Part shown: positions 29,649 to 37,014 of the stretch, piece after piece | Position numbering within the stretch: position 1 is the first letter of the stretch | How the letters are laid out: each line of letters begins with the position of its first letter | NCBI GenBank assembly: GCA_965242725.1 | Contig: CBDESZ010000010.1 | Location: forward strand, 1 to 37,014 | From: Alkalispirochaeta sp. | GTDB lineage: Bacteria > Spirochaetota > Spirochaetia > DSM-27196 > Alkalispirochaetaceae | Reading direction: 5' to 3' | Length of the DNA stretch: 37,014 nucleotides | Translations under genes and position numbers: made by a program | Notes under the pieces: generated by a model | Databases searched by the model: none | What the model saw: the letters and a program-made list of their open reading frames with translations, nothing else | Told to the model about the DNA's origin: nothing

Positions 29649-31811
29649 ATGAAACGCAGGCATGTATTGATCGGGACTATCGCGGTGGTCGGTATATTGT
29701 TGCTGGCCGCCTGCCCGAATCCCACCAACTCCGACGGCGGCGGATCGATCACAATTGAGGTGACCGGTCTGACCCTCAACCGGAGTGTCCCCTTGGCGCT
29801 GGCCGTCGGAGACCAGACGCAGCTTCAGGCTATCATGTCGCCGACGAATGCAAACACGGGGATCACATGGAGCTCCGGAAGTACCAGCGTGGCAACGGTC
29901 AGCACAAACGGTCTTGTCACGGCGGTAGCGCTTGGTTCCACGACGATTTCCGTAGCGTCCGAGCTCGATGCAAACATCAATGACTCGGTGACGGTAAACG
30001 TTGTTGATTCCATCGCGGATCTCCAGGGTTTTGCCATTCTGAACCAGGACAAGGCGGATGAGGCGGTGGTGGATCCAGGGAACACCACTACGGTTCCCGG
30101 TCTTGTGGACGGGAAGGTGTCGATTGTGAACAACCACACCGAAACCGGAGAAGCCGGATTGAACTCAAGCGGTATCGCCGGCTACACCATCCTCTACTAC
30201 GATCAGCCCTTTGAAGGTAATTTCCGAATCAGTGCCAGGCTTCGGTTCTACGACGGCGCAGCGGGGACATCCCGGGGTATCGCTCTCGGCGCGTTCGGCG
30301 TGCCCGACGGCGGGTCCTTTGGCGATACCGATACGCCGGTGGCGGTCATGTATCACCGTGACAACGGAACGGAAGTCCGCTCCTTCTGGACAAAGGATCC
30401 CGGCGGAAACGGTGTCGGCGATCCGCGTATCGACCCGGCAATATTTGAGTATATCTTTGAAGTCGAACGGACTGAAAGCGCCTACGTCTTCCGCGTCTAC
30501 AACAGCCAGACCGAAGCGTTGATAAGCGAGAATACCGTTTCCAACGCACCCGAGGGCAGCAACGCAGGCCTCGTTTCACAGCTTCATTACGGTGAGCCGG
30601 TCTATCTCGGATTTGCCGCCGGTGGTGCCTCTATGGAAATCTCAAATATCAAGATCTTCGAGCTCGGCAGTACACCGGTCTTTGAGACCGAGGAGGTAGC
30701 GGGGAGCGCCGTACCGGTAACGGATGTCACCCTTTCCGGGCCCGAGCTCAATGCGGATGATACCTATGACTATCAGACTTCCCTATCGGTAGCCGAGGCC
30801 GACACGATAACTCTCACGGCGACGGTGATACCCGCGGAAGCGGACGATACGTCGGTAACGTGGTCGTCAAGCAATACTGATGTCGCGACGGTGACGGCAT
30901 CTGTGGACAACGAGCAAGAGGCGACGGTCACCGTTGTCGGAGCGGGGCAGGCGACGATCACGGTGACGACCGTCGACGGAGATTGGACCGATACCTATGC
31001 CCTGAATATTTCCGCCGGATCGGTTCCCGTCTCGACAATATCGATCGACGGAGCTGCAACAGTCATGGTCGGTCTGACGACTCCCCTGACGGCGACGGTG
31101 GCGCCGACAAATGCGACTGTTCAGGATCTCACATGGAGCTCCAGCAATGAGACGGTTGCCACGGTAGACCAGGACGGCCTCGTCACCGGAGTTGGGACGG
31201 GCAATGCAGTCATCACCGCCGAGGCGACCGACGGAAGCGGTATAGAAGGGACCCACAATATCAACGTTAGTGACGCGGAAAGCGTCATCTGGAGCTGGAC
31301 CGCCGGTCCTGACGCCGCCACATTTGTGATAGACAGCTCCAGCCCTGAAACGGTGGTCGACGGGATCACGCTGCGCCGTTGGGGCGGGACGGTCACGGCC
31401 ACGGCAGAGGGAATCACCATGAGCAATGCCCGGTTTGTCATTGGCAGTGCGTCCACCACCGCTACCACTTCCGAAATTTACGACGAAAACGGGCAGTTGA
31501 ATCTCAGTACCTCTGCACGATTGACGGTACAGTTTGAAGCGTGGGACGGTCCGGACGCTCCAACGGGAGTGACCAATCCGCGGCTTTCTCACGCCTACCT
31601 GAACAACAACACCACCGGTCAGGATAATTCGGTCCTTGGAGCCGTATCGCGGTTGACCATTGCGAGTACGACAACCTCACCGGTCGTCATCGATCTCAAT
31701 CCCGCCGATTTCGGCGACCACGTATCACTCTCCACGGCGTTCCTGCACCTCCGGGCGGACAGCGGCAGTGCAGTGCGAATTACAGGCATTGTGCTGGAGT
31801 ACGTGGATTAA
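29649..31811 (+). CDS. Surface lipoprotein with three bacterial Ig-like (Big_2) repeats and a jelly-roll-like domain
   Basis: GGAGGAG RBS, ATG 29649, lipobox 'LLAA-C'. Repeats 'TWSSGSTSVATVSTNGLVTAV', 'TWSSSNTDVATV' and 'TWSSSNETVATVDQDGLVTGV'. Confidence 0.85.
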   Translation: MKRRHVLIGTIAVVGILLLAACPNPTNSDGGGSITIEVTGLTLNRSVPLALAVGDQTQLQAIMSPTNANTGITWSSGSTSVATVSTNGLVTAVALGSTTISVASELDANINDSVTVNVVDSIADLQGFAILNQDKADEAVVDPGNTTTVPGLVDGKVSIVNNHTETGEAGLNSSGIAGYTILYYDQPFEGNFRISARLRFYDGAAGTSRGIALGAFGVPDGGSFGDTDTPVAVMYHRDNGTEVRSFWTKDPGGNGVGDPRIDPAIFEYIFEVERTESAYVFRVYNSQTEALISENTVSNAPEGSNAGLVSQLHYGEPVYLGFAAGGASMEISNIKIFELGSTPVFETEEVAGSAVPVTDVTLSGPELNADDTYDYQTSLSVAEADTITLTATVIPAEADDTSVTWSSSNTDVATVTASVDNEQEATVTVVGAGQATITVTTVDGDWTDTYALNISAGSVPVSTISIDGAATVMVGLTTPLTATVAPTNATVQDLTWSSSNETVATVDQDGLVTGVGTGNAVITAEATDGSGIEGTHNINVSDAESVIWSWTAGPDAATFVIDSSSPETVVDGITLRRWGGTVTATAEGITMSNARFVIGSASTTATTSEIYDENGQLNLSTSARLTVQFEAWDGPDAPTGVTNPRLSHAYLNNNTTGQDNSVLGAVSRLTIASTTTSPVVIDLNPADFGDHVSLSTAFLHLRADSGSAVRITGIVLEYVD

Positions 31812-31825
31812 CAGGTAGTTGTTAC

Positions 31826-31857
31826 GGGGTCGGGCCTTGGCCCGACCCTTCATTTTT
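31826..31857 (+). terminator. Intrinsic terminator of the pectin surface module
   Basis: GGGTCGGGCC-TT-GGCCCGACCC inverted repeat followed by TTCATTTTT. Confidence 0.75.
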
Positions 31858-31897
31858 CTCGGAAGAAAACACGAAAAGAGGTGTATAATTTCCGATT

Positions 31898-32293
31898 ATG
31901 ACGATCAGCATTAACTGGATTGCCGTCGTATTGGCGGCGGTGGCGGCGTTTGCGTTGGGGAGTATCTGGTACGGTCCGCTTTTCAGCAAGGCGTGGCTGA
32001 GGGAAAACGGGTTCACGGCAGAGGGAGTGTCCGGGCGCAGGATGGCGCCTCTGTTCATCGGTTCCTTCGGGCTGACCGCTTTCGCCGCGGCGTTTCTTGC
32101 CGCTTTTGTGGGACCCGATGCAACCGCCGGTTTCGGCGCCATTGCGGGCGGTGCGGCCGGCATCGGCTGGGTGGCGACCTTCACGGGTATTCACTATCTC
32201 TATGAGGGCAAGAGTCTCAAGCTTTTTCTCATCAACGCGGGATACAGCGTCTCGTCACTCATCGTCATGGGCGCGATTATTGGCGCCATGTGA
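31898..32293 (+). CDS. DUF1761 family membrane protein
   Basis: 'INWIAVVLAAVAAFALGSIWYGPLFSKAW' and 'YEGKSLKLFLINAGY'; four TM segments. Confidence 0.85.
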   Translation: MTISINWIAVVLAAVAAFALGSIWYGPLFSKAWLRENGFTAEGVSGRRMAPLFIGSFGLTAFAAAFLAAFVGPDATAGFGAIAGGAAGIGWVATFTGIHYLYEGKSLKLFLINAGYSVSSLIVMGAIIGAM

Positions 32294-32303
32294 CGCGTGC
32301 CGG

Positions 32304-33521
32304 TCACTCCCCGTCGGGAAAGACGACGTCCACCGACAGTCCGTTATCTGACGTCTTGAATGAGACGGTTCCTTTCAAGTCGTCCACGGCCTCGCGGATC
32401 AGGGCGAATCCGAGGGACGGCGTATGTTCCGGGTCCATTCCGCCGGGAAGGCCCACCCCGTCGTCACGGTACTCCAGACGAACGGTATGACCGGTTCGGC
32501 TCGCGGAAAATGAAACGGTTCCCCGTTCACGGCCGGAGAAGGCGTGTTTCTGGGCATTCATCAGCAGCTCTATGAGTATCACGCCGAGACGGGACCCGAA
32601 AGACTGCGGCAGGTTGATTGATTCCGACTCGACGCGGTAGAGGATTTTGCCTCCACCGACCCAGGGGTCATCGTTGACTCCGTGTATGATCTGCATGATG
32701 AACTTTCTCAAAGGAATGAGGCCGGCCACGGGAGCGTGATGTATCTGGTCCTGTACCGTCGCCATCGCGTCGAGACGAGCCACGAGTTTTGTCTTCAGCT
32801 GCGGAAAATCTCCCTCCTCCCCCTGGAGGGAGACGATACTTGACAGAAAGGCGATATGGTTTTTCATGCGGAGGTGGCTCTCCCGGAGGTATATATTCTG
32901 ACGGTGAATGATATTTCCGATATCGACCTTTTTAAAGTGAATAACGAAGCCCATGAACGCCGGAATCGCATAGACAAGCGGATAGATTGCGATGAGAGAT
33001 TGGACGACCTCTTCCGGCGGTCGGCCAATGATGCTGAAGACGGCGGTGAAAATGACGGCGACGACGTTTATCGTCACCAGCGGTCCGATGCCGGCGGAAA
33101 GAAGTCCGACGATAATCAGGTAAATCGGCTGAAAGATGAAGTAGGTATCCAGCCCGAAGGGCAGGGAAAGGGAAATACCCTGAAAGTGGGAGAGAAGCAG
33201 CCATCCCGCGGTAGAGATGAGATTGCCGACACCCGCGATGTACATCGCGGCGTTCCACCTGCCCCGCATTGCAAGCACCGCGCCGACCAGTATGGCCGTC
33301 GAGTGAAAGAGGTTCACCGTCATCTCTTCATAGTTGCGCAATGTGAGATGGTAAACGGCGAGCAGGACCAGCGTTCCGATGACAATTACTGCCAGGATCA
33401 CGAGAATACACGTCTCTATTGCAGCGAGGGGTTTGCCGGGATCGCTCACGACCTTGTCTGTACAGAATGAGTTGAGCCTTGAAAAGACGCGCTTTCCGGG
33501 GATTCTCCGTTGTATACCCAT
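32304..33521 (-). CDS. Membrane sensor histidine kinase-like protein, HisKA_2 type, with a degenerate H-box
   Basis: Multi-TM N-terminus, H-box 'ESHLRMKNH', N-box 'ELLMNAQKHAF', 'DDGVG' and 'SLG'. The start codon is uncertain. Confidence 0.85.
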   Translation of the reverse strand: MGIQRRIPGKRVFSRLNSFCTDKVVSDPGKPLAAIETCILVILAVIVIGTLVLLAVYHLTLRNYEEMTVNLFHSTAILVGAVLAMRGRWNAAMYIAGVGNLISTAGWLLLSHFQGISLSLPFGLDTYFIFQPIYLIIVGLLSAGIGPLVTINVVAVIFTAVFSIIGRPPEEVVQSLIAIYPLVYAIPAFMGFVIHFKKVDIGNIIHRQNIYLRESHLRMKNHIAFLSSIVSLQGEEGDFPQLKTKLVARLDAMATVQDQIHHAPVAGLIPLRKFIMQIIHGVNDDPWVGGGKILYRVESESINLPQSFGSRLGVILIELLMNAQKHAFSGRERGTVSFSASRTGHTVRLEYRDDGVGLPGGMDPEHTPSLGFALIREAVDDLKGTVSFKTSDNGLSVDVVFPDGE

Positions 33522-33585
33522 GTTGGGGGAAAATAATAGGGTGTCCGGAGTGCGCTGTCAATTTTTATGCGGGTAGAGGCCCGTA

Positions 33586-33810
33586 TTACCGGTATCTCTT
33601 CCCGTCGCCGTAGCCGGAGAGGTGGCGTTTGGGTGTCACGCCTCCGCGGTCTTCCGCGGCGGCCGACTCCGCGTCGGTGAGAGCGTTGGCGCGCTCGATC
33701 TCCCGATACAGCCGCTCCCGGTACAATCGTTGTCGCATGTCCGCCGTGCTCTCCCTGTCGGACTGTTCTTCCGCCGCCGCAACGGGCGGGTGTGCAACCA
33801 TTTGTCTCAT
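33586..33810 (-). CDS. Small hypothetical protein (74 aa)
   Basis: Strong AAGGAGG RBS 6 nt before ATG 33810. Charged helical segment 'MRQRLYRERLYREIERANAL'. Confidence 0.65.
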   Translation of the reverse strand: MRQMVAHPPVAAAEEQSDRESTADMRQRLYRERLYREIERANALTDAESAAAEDRGGVTPKRHLSGYGDGKRYR

Positions 33811-33869
33811 GGTCTGCCTCCTTGCCTTGTTTCCTGACGCCAAAGATAGATCCGCGGAGGATGGTGAAC

Positions 33870-33885
33870 CATGACATTTGTCCTG
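33870..33885. promoter_or_regulatory. Putative Crp/Fnr-family operator
   Basis: Near-palindrome CATGACATTTGTCCTG, centred about 41.5 nt upstream of the start site implied by the minus-strand -10 box TATCTT (33843-33848). Confidence 0.6.
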
Positions 33886-33917
33886 CTTTGCCCGGTGATC
33901 GGGTATACAATCGTTTC

Positions 33918-34589
33918 ATGCATACCGAGGACGCCCGGCGGAACCGTGAGGTTCAGTCTTACATAGAGAAATACGAAATGGATGCCTTTCTGAACCGGAA
34001 TCTCCTTGCGGCACTGCGGCTATTCCGCTTCCCGAAACATGCGTCGATCTTCATCGAACAGGCGGAACCGACCTATCTCTATTTTCTGGTGCAGGGACAG
34101 CTGCAGTGCACCCATTTTCACATGAACGGGAAACCCGCGGTGATTGCCCTGACCGAGCCCTTTGCCGCAATCGGCGATCTGGAGATTATGAACAACGTGC
34201 CGGTATACAGTAGCGTGATTGCCACCCGTCCGGTGGAACTCCTGGGGATTGCCGCGCCGGTGGTGAACCGGTACGGCGCCGAGGACGCACGGTTTCTTCG
34301 GTTCCTTGTCGATCAGCTGCGGGAGAAACTGTACAGGTCAAATTCAATCCAGGCGACGCAGGTGCTTCCCGTCAGCGCAAGGCTGGCGACGTATATTCTC
34401 TCCCTTCCCGGGGACGGCGATATTCCGCTCCCGGATAAGGAGAGCCTAGCGTCCATGCTCGGGACGACGGCGCGCCATCTCAACCGTGTGCTCAGGGAGC
34501 TGATTGACGCAGGGGCTCTGGAAGGGGGGTATCGTACGTTACGGGTGGCCGACCGAATAATGTTGCAGGAGGCGGCGGAACTAGATTGA
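33918..34589 (+). CDS. Crp/Fnr family transcriptional regulator (YeiL-like)
   Basis: cNMP-binding-like domain 'YLYFLVQG...NGK...IGDLE' and HTH 'LASMLGTTARHLNRVLREL'. Start placed at ATG 33918. Confidence 0.9.
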   Translation: MHTEDARRNREVQSYIEKYEMDAFLNRNLLAALRLFRFPKHASIFIEQAEPTYLYFLVQGQLQCTHFHMNGKPAVIALTEPFAAIGDLEIMNNVPVYSSVIATRPVELLGIAAPVVNRYGAEDARFLRFLVDQLREKLYRSNSIQATQVLPVSARLATYILSLPGDGDIPLPDKESLASMLGTTARHLNRVLRELIDAGALEGGYRTLRVADRIMLQEAAELD

Positions 34590-34613
34590 GCTTCGGCATT
34601 GAAGGCGGCCGCG

Positions 34614-35705
34614 TCAGGGGGTGTTCCAGTTCCGCTGATCCAGAAACTCCTCTACCGGCTGGGGACGGCCGAAGAGGTATCCCTGGACGTAATCCGCCCC
34701 GGCGTTCTTCACCCATTCCAGCTCTCCCTCCCGTTCAATTCCCTCCGCGATCGTCCTTATATCGAGGTCCCGTGCGAGGGTAAGGAGATTTCGTACAATG
34801 GAGCCTTTAAACGGATCTCGATCGACGTCCCGTACAAGATCCATATCCAGCTTCATGTAGTCCGGGCGTAATTGGTACAGCGATGTGAGGGAGTTGTATC
34901 CCGATCCGAGGTCGTCGAGGGCGACCTGGAACCCCCGCTCCCGGTAGAAATCCAGCAGCGATGCGAGGTGGTCTGTATCCTCCACGTGGTCACTTTCCAC
35001 AACTTCAAAGATGACGTCCGACGTTTCCAAGCCGACATCTTCAAGCACCGCCAGCGTCGTCCGGAGGCAGTACTCCGGACGATAGATGGCGGTAGGATTG
35101 AAGTTGACGAAGAGTTTGGACCGTCCCTTGAGGGGAGCTCCCGAGCGAATGGCGGTTATCCGGCTCTCCCGATCGAGATAGAAGAGGAGCCCCGCGCGTC
35201 GTGCCGTGCCGAAGAGCTTTCCCGGCGGTACCAGACTCTGTTCTCCGTCGATTCCGCGGGTCAGGCATTCTGCGGCGAAGATTGATGAGGGGTTATCGGC
35301 CTGCACGATCGGGTGTACGTAGGTTACGAGACGTTTTCCTTCCAGGAGATCGAGAACCAGTTCTCCTTCCACCTTTGCGATGAAGGAGTCCAGTGATTCC
35401 ATATGGATGAAATCGGCGAGGGAAGGGGTGCGACCCCGCCCGGTGACGAGGATACGCGTGTCGGTTCGTTCGCCGCGGCCGAATACCGCCGAGAGGGCGT
35501 CGGTCAAATCGCGAATGTGTTCGGCATCGGCGGCGACGCGAATGATGTCGTCCACGAAATCAAAGCTGAAGCCGGCGCCCGCGATCGCGTCAACAAGGAT
35601 GTCCCGCGTCCCCATGATGGGGGCACTCAAATAGATGTCAAAATCCCCGGTCAGCCGGGGCGGGAGCACTTCACAGCGTTCACAGGGGGAGCCGGCATTG
35701 GTCAT
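34614..35705 (-). CDS. Stand-alone EAL-domain c-di-GMP phosphodiesterase
   Basis: 'ECLTR' (EAL variant), 'LFVNFNP', 'FEVVES', 'ALDDLGSGY', 'KLD', 'AEGIE' and 'QGYLF'. Confidence 0.92.
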   Translation of the reverse strand: MTNAGSPCERCEVLPPRLTGDFDIYLSAPIMGTRDILVDAIAGAGFSFDFVDDIIRVAADAEHIRDLTDALSAVFGRGERTDTRILVTGRGRTPSLADFIHMESLDSFIAKVEGELVLDLLEGKRLVTYVHPIVQADNPSSIFAAECLTRGIDGEQSLVPPGKLFGTARRAGLLFYLDRESRITAIRSGAPLKGRSKLFVNFNPTAIYRPEYCLRTTLAVLEDVGLETSDVIFEVVESDHVEDTDHLASLLDFYRERGFQVALDDLGSGYNSLTSLYQLRPDYMKLDMDLVRDVDRDPFKGSIVRNLLTLARDLDIRTIAEGIEREGELEWVKNAGADYVQGYLFGRPQPVEEFLDQRNWNTP

Positions 35706-35726
35706 GACCGGATTCTACCACACGCC

Positions 35727-36842
35727 CTATGGAGAATCACGTCCACTTCTTTCCTGTCCGTCAGGAGAGATGTTCCGTACACTGCCGAGCTCTTTATCCG
35801 GATCGGCCATGACGTGTTCCGCCGAAAATCGTGACTCCCCGGATTCCTTCAGTGACTCGACGACGGGAAACTGCAGGTCGACCTCCTGCCGGGTAACGAC
35901 GGGAAAGCCGTAGATCCTGTTTTCATAACCCGGTGCCTTTCCGCGCCGAGTCCGGTAGTCAGTGATAAACGCGCGATGTGCCGCGAGGCGTTCATGAACA
36001 AATGTTCCGGCGATCGCCGCGGATTCGGTGATCGTCCGGTCTATGATCGGTGCAAAACCGTCGAGCACCTCAAAGCCGACGCTGTTCCGACCGTTGAGGA
36101 GCGACGCCGCAGCGGTAGTACCGGTTCCAAGGAACGGGTCGAGGACGCGGTCGCCCTGCATGCTGTACATGCATATCAACCGATGTGCGAGTTCCAGCGG
36201 GAAGGCGGCGCTTCTCGATCGTTTCTCCCTTGACGGCAGAACCTGGCGGGCCCCTTTGAAATCCCACACATCCGAGAACCAGGTGTTGCGTTCCTCCCAG
36301 AAGAAGGCACTCCGTCTCCGCCGTTTGGCGTCGGAGGTGGAAAATGATCTCTTCCCACCTTTGCGCAAAATCAGGACATACTCATGTTCCAATGTCGGGT
36401 ATGCGCCTGAAGGCAGCATCCCCGATCCCATGAATTTGTTCGGTCCGTTTGTAGGTTTGCGCCAAAGGATGATCGGCAACGACTGGAAACCGATCGATTC
36501 ACAGCGGGAAATGATACGGGAGTGGTTGCTGTAGAGGCGGAAGTTGTCTGCAACCTTGCGGGTGGCATCACCGACATTGATACAGAGATACCCGCCCGGT
36601 CTCAGCACGCGCAGTGACTCGGTCCAGACCGGATCGAGCTGTCGGTGCATGAGCTCGAACGCTGTTCTCCCGTCGCCCGATTCAAGTGCGGACGAGATGC
36701 CCCGGTCGGTCTGTGCAAATGGTTTGTCCCACATTTCGATCATCGGATAGGGCGGAGAGGTCACGATCAGATCGATCTCCCCGTCCCGGATAATGCTCAT
36801 GTCCCGGGAAGACTGGAAGTAAACGGTGTGGTCGGTCTGCAC
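35727..36842 (-). CDS. Orphan N4-cytosine DNA methyltransferase, beta class (resembles CTAG-specific enzymes)
   Basis: Catalytic 'TSPPY' precedes SAM-binding 'VLDPFLGTGTT'. Family-like blocks 'PMIEMWD', 'KFMGSGMLP', 'TLEHEY' and 'FWEERNTWFSDVW'. Confidence 0.88.
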   Translation of the reverse strand: MQTDHTVYFQSSRDMSIIRDGEIDLIVTSPPYPMIEMWDKPFAQTDRGISSALESGDGRTAFELMHRQLDPVWTESLRVLRPGGYLCINVGDATRKVADNFRLYSNHSRIISRCESIGFQSLPIILWRKPTNGPNKFMGSGMLPSGAYPTLEHEYVLILRKGGKRSFSTSDAKRRRRSAFFWEERNTWFSDVWDFKGARQVLPSREKRSRSAAFPLELAHRLICMYSMQGDRVLDPFLGTGTTAAASLLNGRNSVGFEVLDGFAPIIDRTITESAAIAGTFVHERLAAHRAFITDYRTRRGKAPGYENRIYGFPVVTRQEVDLQFPVVESLKESGESRFSAEHVMADPDKELGSVRNISPDGQERSGRDSP

Positions 36843-36911
36843 GGTAATAGAGTACTTGAAAAGAGGCAGAGTCGAAATACGGGGAAACAGGCTGACCCGG
36901 CGGCCTGTGCG

Positions 36912-37014
36912 TCAGATACCGATGCTCGTCTTCAACCCGAAGGAAAAGGCGCCGCCGTTGGCGATGTCGTATACTCCCCCATCGCTGGCAAACCAGTTGA
37001 AGTACAGCCCCAGG
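36912..37014 (-). CDS. 3' end of an upstream gene (partial)
   Basis: Open frame 'LGLYFNWFASDGGVYDIANGGAFSFGLKTSIGI*' ending at 36912; looks like terminal amphipathic beta-strands. Confidence 0.5.
   Translation of the reverse strand, partial: LGLYFNWFASDGGVYDIANGGAFSFGLKTSIGI

Noticed and set aside
5831..31857. GC-rich palindromes (5831, 7239, 15741, 31826) as a REP/MITE family or CRISPR repeats
   Set aside because: Their sequences are unrelated, each is single-copy and sits at a gene boundary. They are ordinary terminators or stabilising hairpins.
35727..37014. Restriction-modification or defence island
   Set aside because: No endonuclease, specificity subunit, integrase or other defence gene is adjacent within the window.

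Overview
GC-rich bacterial DNA, probably from a free-living Spirochaetota. This is an inference from the solute-binding protein N-terminus 'LLFAGGQxE' and spirochaete-type lipoproteins. Left to right: (i) a truncated membrane-anchored protein and an OFA-type MFS transporter; (ii) a ROK-regulated sugar cluster (ABC importer, GH20 hexosaminidase, divergent GH2 beta-mannosidase and GH1 beta-glucosidase); (iii) cyclase, CoA-transferase III, amidase and VOC genes; (iv) a 1154-aa PPi-type PEP carboxykinase; (v) an HD hydrolase divergent from an uncharacterised 187-aa protein followed by a membrane HisKA_2 kinase; (vi) YbjQ, a Gfo/Idh/MocA oxidoreductase and an Rrf2 regulator; (vii) a three-gene pectin surface module (putative outer-membrane protein, PelX-like PL9 lipoprotein, Ig-repeat lipoprotein); (viii) DUF1761, a HisKA_2 kinase lacking the canonical phosphoacceptor His, a small ORF with a class II Crp-type site, a Crp/Fnr regulator, an EAL phosphodiesterase and an orphan m4C methyltransferase. 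Most genes in 1-10.4 kb are broken by indels, several verified in homopolymers, which is most likely sequencing error. No rRNA, tRNA, CRISPR or transposase was seen. The best leads are the candidate 'prenyltransferase-like protein with C-terminal Trp + membrane kinase' signalling pair, the pectin surface module, and the many leaderless TAnnnT-N6-start promoters. All family calls come from motif recognition by eye, not from database searches.
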